From Candidatus Krumholzibacteriia bacterium (GTDB lineage Bacteria > Krumholzibacteriota > Krumholzibacteriia > JAJRXK01), in contig JBGPIA010000002.1 in assembly GCA_041484665.1 (NCBI GenBank), positions 64,001 through 128,000 of the forward strand: a DNA stretch of 64,000 bases. The letters are read 5' to 3'. Shown piece after piece: positions 45,425 through 53,753 of this stretch; the first letter of the stretch is position 1, and every line of letters begins with the position of its first letter. The translations under genes and the position numbers were made by a program. Under the pieces are notes generated by a model that did not search any database, had not been told where the DNA came from, and saw only the letters and a list, made by a program, of their open reading frames with translations.

Positions 45425-46294
45425 ATGCTGAACCCTGCGGTCGAGCGCCACGTCGAGGAGATCCTCGAAGGGATCCGCGAGCTCCCCACGATCCCCGAGG
45501 TGCTCGTGCGCATCTGGCAGCTGGTGGACGATCCAAGCAGCAGCGCGCGGGACCTGCAGGAAGTCGTCATGCTGGATCCGCCGCTGGCCGCCCGCGTCCT
45601 GCGCCTGGCCAACAGCCCCTACTACGGCGGCAAGACCAACATCCAGGACATCCGCTCCGCCATCACCGTGCTGGGGTTTGATGTCATCCGCAACCTGGCC
45701 GTCTGCCTGGCGGTCACCAAGCGGCTGGTGGAGGAGGCTCCCCGCGACCGTGTGCTGGACCGGCGGGCGCTGTGGCGCCACTGCGTGGCCACCGCGGTGG
45801 TCTCCCGAGAGGTCGCCGTGGCGTTGCGAATCGGCCATCCCGAGGAGTCGTTCACCGGCGGCCTGCTCCACGATGTGGGCATGTACGTCATCGGCCTGGT
45901 GCGCCCGGGCATCTACGCGCCGGTCGTGGAGCGGGCGATCGCGGGCCGCACGCCGTTGGCCGACGCTGAGCGTCAGGTGCTGGGCTACGACCACGCCGCC
46001 ATGGGCAGTGCCTTCGCCGCCCGCTGGAACTTCCCCCCGCGGATCCGCGACGTCATCGGACGGCACCACGAGCGCATGGCCACAGAGCACCCCGGCACCG
46101 TCGAGGTGGTGGCCTTCGCCGACCGGCAGGCCGCCGCCAGCGGGCAGTTCCGGGTCTTTCCCCAGCTCCACGAGGAGGGGCCCGAGGCGCAGCACCTGCG
46201 CAATCTCGGGATCACCCCGGAATGGGTGCAGCAGCACGAGGCGCCCTTCGGCGCCAAGATCGGCGAAGCCCAGGAGTTCATGAACCTCATCTAG
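45425..46294 (+). CDS. HDOD domain protein
   Basis: LPTIPEV, DP.LAARVLRLANSPYY, AITVLGF, LWRH, GLLHDVG, ER.VLGYDH..MG...A.RWNFP. Confidence 0.92.
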   Translation: MLNPAVERHVEEILEGIRELPTIPEVLVRIWQLVDDPSSSARDLQEVVMLDPPLAARVLRLANSPYYGGKTNIQDIRSAITVLGFDVIRNLAVCLAVTKRLVEEAPRDRVLDRRALWRHCVATAVVSREVAVALRIGHPEESFTGGLLHDVGMYVIGLVRPGIYAPVVERAIAGRTPLADAERQVLGYDHAAMGSAFAARWNFPPRIRDVIGRHHERMATEHPGTVEVVAFADRQAAASGQFRVFPQLHEEGPEAQHLRNLGITPEWVQQHEAPFGAKIGEAQEFMNLI

Positions 46295-46342
46295 GAAGGC
46301 GGCCGCGGGCGCGCGACAGCGCGACCGGCGGCACCGGCAACC

Positions 46343-46750
46343 ATGGACCAAGGCTCCACCAACTCCGGCAAACACATCCGCGCCCTCGTGGCCGACGACG
46401 AGCAGTTCATCCGCCAGATCCTGGTCAAGATGCTCGAGCGCCTGGGGATCGAGGTGGTGGCCACCGCCTCCAACGGTCAGGAGGCCATCGACCTCTACAA
46501 GCAGGTCGCGCCCGACGTGGCGATCCTCGACATCGCCATGCCCCAGAAGGACGGGCTGCAGGCCGTGCGCGAGATCGTCGAGCACGATCCGCGGGCCAAG
46601 GTCCTCATCTGCACGAGCTTCAGCAGCAAGCAGTACATCGTCGAGGCCGTGCGCCTGGGTGCCAAAGGCTATCTGAGCAAGCCCTTCGACCTCAGCCGCA
46701 TCCGCGACAAGATCACCAAGCTCTGCGGCGAGCCGACGCTGGCCTCGTGA
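46343..46750 (+). CDS. Single-domain CheY-like response regulator
   Basis: VADDE, A.NG.EA...YK...PDV..LDIAMP.KDG, A...GAKGYL.KPF; resembles Firmicute/Thermotoga-type CheY. Confidence 0.88.
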   Translation: MDQGSTNSGKHIRALVADDEQFIRQILVKMLERLGIEVVATASNGQEAIDLYKQVAPDVAILDIAMPQKDGLQAVREIVEHDPRAKVLICTSFSSKQYIVEAVRLGAKGYLSKPFDLSRIRDKITKLCGEPTLAS

Positions 46751-46769
46751 CCGCCGCGCCCGCGCTGGC

Positions 46770-46798
46770 TTGACAGGCCGCGGAACCGCACCGACCAT
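46770..46798 (+). promoter_or_regulatory. Putative sigma70 promoter
   Basis: TTGACA-N17-GACCAT. This implies the downstream activator starts at GTG 46836/46839 rather than at TTG 46770. Confidence 0.5.
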
Positions 46799-46835
46799 AA
46801 CCCCCCCGGAACCCATCCCCAGCCCCGCGGGTGGC

Positions 46836-48341
46836 GTGGTGGCTCGTCCTGCGCTCGTCGTCCTGACCTCCGATCCGCAGCTGCGCGCGTGGGCCCTCTC
46901 CTGGGACCTGCGCGGAGTGGAGCCGCATTTCCACGACGACCCTCCCACGGCGCTGTCGGCCGCGCGCAAGCTGCCCGTGTGGCTGTTCGTCTGCGACGCG
47001 CGCGCCACGCCATCGGTCCCGGAGGGGCTGGTGCGCAAGATCCTCGCGCTGCCCGCGGCGCCCGAGGTGCTGGTGCTCGCGCAGAGCGCGCCGTCGGCCG
47101 CCCTCGAGCTCCCCGTGGAGAACCTCCACGTCGGAGCGCCGGATCCCCTGGCTCTGCGCCAGCAAGCGGAGCGCCTGCTGCGCCTGCAGGAGGTCCGTCA
47201 CCAGAGCGGCATCGCCGGCTCGAGCGCCGCCATCCGCGGGGTGATTTCCACCATCGCACAGGTGGCCCCCCTCGAGGTGCCGGTGCTCATCCAGGGGGAG
47301 AGCGGCACGGGCAAGGAGCTGGTCGCCCAGGCATTGCACCGGGGCAGCCACCGCCACGAGCGCCCCTTCGTCTCGGTGAACGTGGGTTCGCTGGCGGAGA
47401 CGCTCCTGGAGAGCGAGCTGTTCGGCCACGAGCGCGGCGCCTTCACGGGCGCCGTCGTGCGCCGCGAGGGTGTGTTCGAGCGCGCCGACGGTGGCACCCT
47501 ATTCCTGGACGAGGTGGGGGAGATGTCGTTGGCGATGCAGGTGAAACTCCTGCGCGTGCTGGAAACCAGCGAGTTCATGCGGGTGGGCGCCAGCGTGCCG
47601 CTGCGCACCGACGTGCGCCTGCTGGCCGCGACCCATCGTAGCCTGGAGGACGGGATCTCGGCGGGGACCTTTCGCGGGGACCTGTACTACCGTTTAAAGG
47701 TCATCAAGATCGAGATCCCGCCGCTGCGGGAGCGCCGCGAGGATATCCCGCTGCTCGTTCAGCATTTCCTGGAGGAGGCCAATCGCAAGCACGGCCTGCA
47801 GCTGCGCGGCATCACGCGCGATGCGCTCGACCGCTTCCTGCGCTACGCATGGCCGGGGAACGTGCGCGAGCTGCGCAACGTGGTCAGCTCGATGGCCGTC
47901 CTGGCGCGGGGCGAGCGCCTGGGGGTCGAAGACCTTCCGTCGGAGCTGCGCGAAGGCGGCACGGCCCGGCGCGCGCTGCCGGTGGCGTTCGGCCCGCCCG
48001 ATGGCGCAGCGTTCGAGGCGGCGGGCGCGCTGCTCACCCCGTGGCTCGTATCCCTCACGCGCGACCTGAAGGAGGTCCTGGCGCGCCTGGCGCGGCTGGA
48101 GGCCGCCACGGTCCCGGGCGGCGGGCCCGGCGGCGCCGAGGGTGCTTGGGCGCCCTTGACCAGCGACGCCGAGTTCACGCCAGTCCACCCCGACGCCCCC
48201 CAGGATCTGGCCGGCGCCGAGCGGGCGATGATCGTCGCCGCGCTGCGGCAGCATGCCGGCAATCGGCGACGGACCGCGCAGCAGCTGGGAATCAGCGAGC
48301 GCACGTTGTATCGCAAACTCAAGCGTTTTGGACTGGGGTGA
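46836..48341 (+). CDS. Sigma54-dependent activator with degenerate receiver-like N-terminus
   Basis: [23 protein letters not shown] (intact), [51 protein letters not shown]. Confidence 0.93.
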   Translation: MVARPALVVLTSDPQLRAWALSWDLRGVEPHFHDDPPTALSAARKLPVWLFVCDARATPSVPEGLVRKILALPAAPEVLVLAQSAPSAALELPVENLHVGAPDPLALRQQAERLLRLQEVRHQSGIAGSSAAIRGVISTIAQVAPLEVPVLIQGESGTGKELVAQALHRGSHRHERPFVSVNVGSLAETLLESELFGHERGAFTGAVVRREGVFERADGGTLFLDEVGEMSLAMQVKLLRVLETSEFMRVGASVPLRTDVRLLAATHRSLEDGISAGTFRGDLYYRLKVIKIEIPPLRERREDIPLLVQHFLEEANRKHGLQLRGITRDALDRFLRYAWPGNVRELRNVVSSMAVLARGERLGVEDLPSELREGGTARRALPVAFGPPDGAAFEAAGALLTPWLVSLTRDLKEVLARLARLEAATVPGGGPGGAEGAWAPLTSDAEFTPVHPDAPQDLAGAERAMIVAALRQHAGNRRRTAQQLGISERTLYRKLKRFGLG

Positions 48342-48496
48342 CCGCCGGACGACTGTGGGGAGTGCCGCCGCGGGGCAGTGCCAGCGCGGTCTGGCGGGCC
48401 GCGCGCGCCATGGCGTATACTTCTTCTGGTCGCCTGCTCGATCGACGCCACTGGACCCCTGAGCTTGCGTCCACCCCTCGCTCCGTGGAGAAGCTC

Positions 48497-49567
48497 GTGA
48501 GCATCTGTTCGCATTCGCGCCGCCGACGTGGCGGCAGCGTGATCTCCTGCCTGGCCGGGATCCTGGCCCTGGTCATGACGGCACCGCCCGCCGGCGCCAC
48601 CAAGTACGCGGGCGCCTTCATGGCCGACGGCGGCGGGGCGCGCGCGCTGGGCATGGGCAGCGCCTTCGCGGCGGTGGCCGATGATGCCAGCGCCACCTTC
48701 TGGAACCCAGCGGGCCTCGCTGGGCTGCAGCGACGCGAGCTGCTGCTCATGCATAGCGAGCATTTCGGCTCCCTGGTCGACCGCGACTTCGCCAGCTTCG
48801 TGCTCCCCCTGGGCTCGTCGGAGGCGGAAACGCAGCACACACTCGGGCTGACCGTCATCCATCTGGGCGTCAACGACATCCCGTTCACCAAGGATCTCGC
48901 GGATCAGCTCGACACCAACCACGACGGCGTGGTGGACGACAACGAGGTGCGTGGCCTGTTCAACCTGCAGGACCAGATCCAGTACAAGAGCGACCACGAG
49001 TTCGCGCTGATGGGCACCTACGCGGTGCGCTCGCGGAGCTGGCTGTTGGGCGGCAACGTGAAGGTGATTCGCCAGGCGGTGGGCGGTTACTCCAGCTGGG
49101 GCGTGGGCCTCGACCTGGGCGCGCTGCGCCGCGACTGGTGGCGTCACCTCGACTGCGGCGTGAAGCTGCAGGACGTTTCGTCAACCTACTTGAGCTGGAG
49201 CACGGGGCGCAATGAGACCATCTCGCCCGTGGTCGTGCCGGGAGTCTCGTACGACTGGAGCTTTCCGGGGCTGCGCCTGGACCTGCTGGCGGCGGGCGCC
49301 CTGGAGCTGCACTTCGACGGGCGCCGCCAGGCCGACCAATTCGAGATCTCGCACGCCATCAGCAGCAACGTGAACCTGGGCCTGGAGGCGCGCCTCAGCA
49401 AACGCGTCGACCTGCGCGTCGGGTCGCACGAGGGGTTCGACGCCCGCAACCTCACCTTCGGCGCCGGACTGGACCTGAAGTACTTCCGCGTCGACTACGG
49501 CTTCGCCGGCGATGTGCTCGACATCGACAAGAACACCCACCGCGTGAGCCTGGGGGCGAGCTTCTAG
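48497..49567 (+). CDS. PorV/PorQ-like (FadL-related) outer-membrane beta-barrel
   Basis: Signal peptide, F...GGGARALGMG.AF.AVADDASA.FWNPAGLA, amphipathic strands, THRVSLGASF with terminal Phe. Confidence 0.8.
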   Translation: MSICSHSRRRRGGSVISCLAGILALVMTAPPAGATKYAGAFMADGGGARALGMGSAFAAVADDASATFWNPAGLAGLQRRELLLMHSEHFGSLVDRDFASFVLPLGSSEAETQHTLGLTVIHLGVNDIPFTKDLADQLDTNHDGVVDDNEVRGLFNLQDQIQYKSDHEFALMGTYAVRSRSWLLGGNVKVIRQAVGGYSSWGVGLDLGALRRDWWRHLDCGVKLQDVSSTYLSWSTGRNETISPVVVPGVSYDWSFPGLRLDLLAAGALELHFDGRRQADQFEISHAISSNVNLGLEARLSKRVDLRVGSHEGFDARNLTFGAGLDLKYFRVDYGFAGDVLDIDKNTHRVSLGASF

Positions 49568-49569
49568 CG

Positions 49570-50175
49570 ATGCCGGGCGCGGCGCCGCGCCTTCTGCTGA
49601 TCACCCCGCCCCAGCCACAGGTGGCGCGGCTTGTGGAGCTGCTGCCCCTGCTCTACGGGATCGCCGACGCCGTGCTGTTGCGCTGGCCCGGGCTGCCCGA
49701 TCGCGCGTGCCTGGCCAGCCTGGTCTGGCTGCGCCGCGTGCACCCGCGCCCTCTGTTGCTGGTCAGCGATCGGTTCGACCTCGCGCTGGCCGCCGGTCTC
49801 GACGGCGTACAGCTGCGCGATGACGGCCTGCCGCCCGCGCTCGTGCGCGCGGTCGCCCCGCACCTGCTGGTCGGCGTCAGCCGCCATGCCCAAAGCGTCG
49901 GGCGCGGCGCGCACGGAGCGGACTACGTGGTGCTGGCGCCCGTTTTCGCAACGGCCGGCAAGCCCTCCGTGGAGCCGCTGGGGATCGCGCGCCTGGCCGA
50001 GCTGGCCCGCTCCGCGACGCTCCCGGTGCTAGCGCTGGGCGGCATCGCGCCGCAGCGCGTCGCTGCTTGCCTGCGCGCCGGGGCGCACGGGATCGCGGCA
50101 CGCTCCTGGGTGTGGGAGGATCGGGATCCGCTGGCGCGCGCTGCCGAGCTGCGCGCCGCGCTGGCGGCGTCGTGA
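49570..50175 (+). CDS. Thiamine-phosphate synthase/TenI family protein (divergent)
   Basis: LLVSDRFDLALA...DGV.L, GVS.H, GADYV..APVF.T..KP...PLG, PVLALGGI, AGA.GIA. Confidence 0.75.
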   Translation: MPGAAPRLLLITPPQPQVARLVELLPLLYGIADAVLLRWPGLPDRACLASLVWLRRVHPRPLLLVSDRFDLALAAGLDGVQLRDDGLPPALVRAVAPHLLVGVSRHAQSVGRGAHGADYVVLAPVFATAGKPSVEPLGIARLAELARSATLPVLALGGIAPQRVAACLRAGAHGIAARSWVWEDRDPLARAAELRAALAAS

Positions 50176-50263
50176 GCGCTCCTGCTCGCGGGCAGGAGCC
50201 CGGCGGGAGCCCCCCTCGACACGGCGCGGGGCTGCCGCGCACCGCTGTGGCGCACCGATGCGA

Positions 50264-52078
50264 TCAGTCCTGCGTCGCGCGCGGCTGCCAGATGCTCAGC
50301 ACGTCGCCGGGGAAGATCTTGGCGTTGCGCGAGAGGTGGTTCCAGACCACCAGGTCCTTCACCTGCACGCCAAACTGGCGTCCGATGGCGTGCAGCGTGT
50401 CCCCCTTGCGCACCCGGTACTCGATCCGCCGGTGGGTCTGCTCGGTCACGTCCAGCGGCGGGTCCGTGCTGCGGCCGCTCGCGGCGGCGCGGGAAGCGGT
50501 CTCCACCACGGCGGCCACCTCCTCGGCCGGCGGCTTGACCCCCTGCGGGTAGGGGATGGTGAGCACGCGGCCGCCGCGCACCGCACGCACGTTGGCGATC
50601 CCGTTGAGCTCCATGATCGCGTCGACGTTCGTGCGGTATTGCCGGGCGATCTGGCCGAGCGTCTCGCCGGGCTGCACCCGATGCTGGCGCCACGTGATGC
50701 GGGAGCCTTCCGGGATCGCGACCAGCGCCGCCAGCAGCTTGTCCCCCGCGCCGGACGGAACGCGCAACTCGTAGCCCTTCACGCCCGGCGGCGTGCAGCC
50801 GGCCAGGAGCTGCGGGTTGAGCTCCCGCAGCTGCGACTCCGCCACGCCGGCCGCGCGCGCGATCTGGTCCAGCCCGTAGGCGCCATCGAGCTTGACCACC
50901 GCATAGCGCAGCGTGTCGGGTGACGGTGCCGTGAACCCGAAGGACTGCGGATCCTGGGCGATACGGTAGGCCGCTACGACCTTGGGAACGTACTCGCGCG
51001 TCTGCTTCGGCAGCGGCATCGTCCAGTAATTGGCCTCGCCGTCGAGGGCGACCGCGCGCTGGATCCTGTACTCGCCGGCGTTGTAGGCGGCCAGGGCCAG
51101 CGGCCAGCTCTGGAACATGCGGTGCAGCATCTTAAGGTACTGGCAGGCGGCGCGCGTCGACTTCTCCAGGTCACGGCGCTCGTCGAGCCACTCGTTGACC
51201 TTCAGCCCGTGGTTGCGAGCTGTGGCACGGATGAACTGCCAGTAGCCCACCGCCCCGGCGCGGCTGCGCACGCTGTGATGGAGCCCGCTCTCGATCATGG
51301 CAACGTACAGCAGCTCCTCGGGCAGGCCCTCGTCCTTGAGGATCGACGTGATGACCGGTCCCACGCTCTCGCGGCGTTCCAGCCAAACCTGGAAGTGGTC
51401 GTGCGCGCGCGTGCAGAAGTATTCCTGCCAGTAGCGGACCTGCTCGTTGTCCACGGCCAAGACCTCGCGCGCGAAGGCATCGGGACCCTCCGCGCGTGCC
51501 GGCACCATGAACGCGGGGATGTGGTAGCGGGTGCGCAGGCTGTCGTACGCCTCGGTCAGCGTCTGGGTGACTGGGGAGTAGCTGTCGGCGAAGAAGCGCT
51601 CCTCGGCCAGGATGTGCGCGAAGTGCTGGAGCTTGCGGCCGATGGACTCGAGGTAGATCAACGACAGCGAATCGGGATGCGCCTGGTGTTCCTGGTCGAG
51701 GCGCTCGCGCAACAGATAGAAATGCTCCTCTGCCAGATCGAGGTCGTGCTCGGCGTACCGGCGGCTCCCGGCGATGTAGAGGGAGTCCAGCTCGGCCAGG
51801 GCCGGTCGGGCACGTAGCAGCTTGGCGAGCAGGGTCTCGTCGCTGGTGGCCATCGACTGCGCGTCGGCGGGGGCGGCATTGAAGGCGGCAGTATCCGCGA
51901 GCTGAGCGGCCACGGCCCATGCGCTGGCTTGGGGCGTCGTCTGGGGCCGGGACGGTGGGGGGCCTCCGCACGCCCCCAGGGCAGCGATCCCCATGGTCGC
52001 CACCAGGGCCGGCCCCGCGGGTGCCGCGATCCGCAACCGCTGGCCGTGACCGGGACGTGGCGGGCGATGGCGCGTCAT
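50264..52078 (-). CDS. MltD-like lytic transglycosylase lipoprotein with LysM domains
   Basis: Lipobox LGAC, LPEEL.YVAMIESG, SRAGAVG.WQFI..TA, DERRD.EKST.AA..YL, LALAAYNAGE, LysM repeats (HRVQPGETL; YRVRKGDTL). Confidence 0.93.
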   Translation of the reverse strand: MTRHRPPRPGHGQRLRIAAPAGPALVATMGIAALGACGGPPPSRPQTTPQASAWAVAAQLADTAAFNAAPADAQSMATSDETLLAKLLRARPALAELDSLYIAGSRRYAEHDLDLAEEHFYLLRERLDQEHQAHPDSLSLIYLESIGRKLQHFAHILAEERFFADSYSPVTQTLTEAYDSLRTRYHIPAFMVPARAEGPDAFAREVLAVDNEQVRYWQEYFCTRAHDHFQVWLERRESVGPVITSILKDEGLPEELLYVAMIESGLHHSVRSRAGAVGYWQFIRATARNHGLKVNEWLDERRDLEKSTRAACQYLKMLHRMFQSWPLALAAYNAGEYRIQRAVALDGEANYWTMPLPKQTREYVPKVVAAYRIAQDPQSFGFTAPSPDTLRYAVVKLDGAYGLDQIARAAGVAESQLRELNPQLLAGCTPPGVKGYELRVPSGAGDKLLAALVAIPEGSRITWRQHRVQPGETLGQIARQYRTNVDAIMELNGIANVRAVRGGRVLTIPYPQGVKPPAEEVAAVVETASRAAASGRSTDPPLDVTEQTHRRIEYRVRKGDTLHAIGRQFGVQVKDLVVWNHLSRNAKIFPGDVLSIWQPRATQD

Positions 52079-52194
52079 AACCGCTGATTCCCCCTCGAGG
52101 TCGGTGGTTGTCGGGTCCGCGCCGGGAAGCGCCACCCTAGCGGCTGTTCCGTGCGGCGGGCAAGTTTGGTTTCATCCAGGGCGCCCTGCGCCCG

Positions 52195-52203
52195 TGGTAC
52201 ACT
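52195..52203 (+). promoter_or_regulatory. Extended -10 element upstream of the diguanylate cyclase
   Basis: TG-G-TACACT. A divergent TTGCCC-N18-TAGGGT on the minus strand (52163-52134) could serve the transglycosylase. Confidence 0.4.
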
Positions 52204-52259
52204 GGAGCGGGAGGGGGCAATCCCCGTGCCGTGCAGCGAAGCCTCGCCGCAGGATCCGC

Positions 52260-53612
52260 ATGAAGTACCGAAGGCAACGCCTTGATCTCCATCGGTTTGT
52301 GACCCTGGAAGTTCCCCGCGATCGACTCAGCTCCTTGCTGCGCGGGCGAATCGATGCCGCCCTGCAGGAGGGGGGCGACCTGCGCCCGGTTGCCGCACAA
52401 GCCGTCGCCGAGTTGCTCGAACGGGGAGCCCTGCGTCCCCACGGCGCTCTGCGGGAGAGCGGCGAGCGTGTGACCCTCTACCGGCTCGACGGCTCGTCGC
52501 GACTGTTCGACCTGCGAAGCCTTGCGGGCTCGGCGCTGGCCGCGCAGCCGCGACCGGGGGGCCCCGCAATCCCGGCGGCGGCAGCACCGCCCGCTGCCGC
52601 CACGCCGCCGCCTGCCGCCCCTCCGCGACAGAGCGTCGCGGCCGCGCCTTCCAATTCGCATGCCAATACCGGAGCCTGGTCCACGGTCGCTGCGATCCGC
52701 GCGACCTTTCGCCGCGACTGGGTGTCGTTCGGGCTGGAGTCCAGCCTCGATGGCCTGATGGCCGAGTTGCGCCATCAGCTCCACGAGCCCGGGTTGGAGC
52801 TCGCACTGTGGGAGGCCCGCCTTCCCTTGTCGGTCGCCGCGGGGGTCGGCTGGCGGCAGGTGTCCGAGGGCGAGACGCTGCTGGCCGCGGGGCTGGCGAC
52901 TGGAGGGCCACCGCCAGCGGCGAGCGTAGGGGCGGTCACGGCAACCGGCGTGCTGCACAATGGCCGTCGATGGGCACCCGTGTGGGCGGGCGAGTCGGTC
53001 GTGGGCGCGCTGGGCGCGCGCAGCACGCTAGACCCGCGGCTGTTGGCCGAGGCCGCCGGGGCGATCTCCGACCTGCTGCAGGCGGCGCAGCGCAGCCAGC
53101 GGCGCGTGTTCACCGATCCGCTGACGGGAGTGCACAACCGAGGATTCTTCGACCGTCAGCTCAGCGTGGAGGTGGAGCGCGGGCGGCGAGCTGGCGAGCC
53201 GCTCGCTTTGCTGTTCGCCGACCTCGACCACTTCAAGGACATCAACGATCGATTGGGCCACCAAGCCGGCGACCGCGCGCTGCAGCACCTTGCGTCGCTG
53301 CTGGTGGCGCACGTGCGGCGCATCGATGCGGTGTTTCGTTACGGTGGCGAGGAGTTCGCGCTGCTGCTGCCGGGCACCGACGTGCAGGAAGCCTTCAACA
53401 CGGCCGAGCGCCTCCGCCGCACGCTGCACGCGTCGCCGCCGCTGCTCCCCGCCGCGGGGAACCTCCCGCTCACGATCAGCATCGGAGGCGCCGTCTTTCC
53501 CCAGCACGCCCAAAGCGAGCGCGACTTGCTGCGCCACGCCGACGAGGCGATGTACCTGGCCAAGGCGCGCGGCCGCGACTGCGTCGTGATGTATCCGGGC
53601 GCCGACGCCTGA
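52260..53612 (+). CDS. Diguanylate cyclase (GGDEF) with uncharacterised N-terminal region
   Basis: TDPLTGVHNR, ADLDHFKDINDRLGHQAGD, I-site RRID followed by RYGGEEF, ADEAMYLAK..GRD. Confidence 0.93.
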   Translation: MKYRRQRLDLHRFVTLEVPRDRLSSLLRGRIDAALQEGGDLRPVAAQAVAELLERGALRPHGALRESGERVTLYRLDGSSRLFDLRSLAGSALAAQPRPGGPAIPAAAAPPAAATPPPAAPPRQSVAAAPSNSHANTGAWSTVAAIRATFRRDWVSFGLESSLDGLMAELRHQLHEPGLELALWEARLPLSVAAGVGWRQVSEGETLLAAGLATGGPPPAASVGAVTATGVLHNGRRWAPVWAGESVVGALGARSTLDPRLLAEAAGAISDLLQAAQRSQRRVFTDPLTGVHNRGFFDRQLSVEVERGRRAGEPLALLFADLDHFKDINDRLGHQAGDRALQHLASLLVAHVRRIDAVFRYGGEEFALLLPGTDVQEAFNTAERLRRTLHASPPLLPAAGNLPLTISIGGAVFPQHAQSERDLLRHADEAMYLAKARGRDCVVMYPGADA

Positions 53613-53753
53613 GAGCCGCAGCGCGCCGCCGCAGTACCCCCGGTCACGCGCCCCGACACGGACGAGGGCGCCCTTGGGCCTCCCGCCTCCTCTGGACAAC
53701 ACGCCTCCCACACGCGCGCGCCCGTGACGCGGGCGTTCGCAGGGGAGCGAGAC

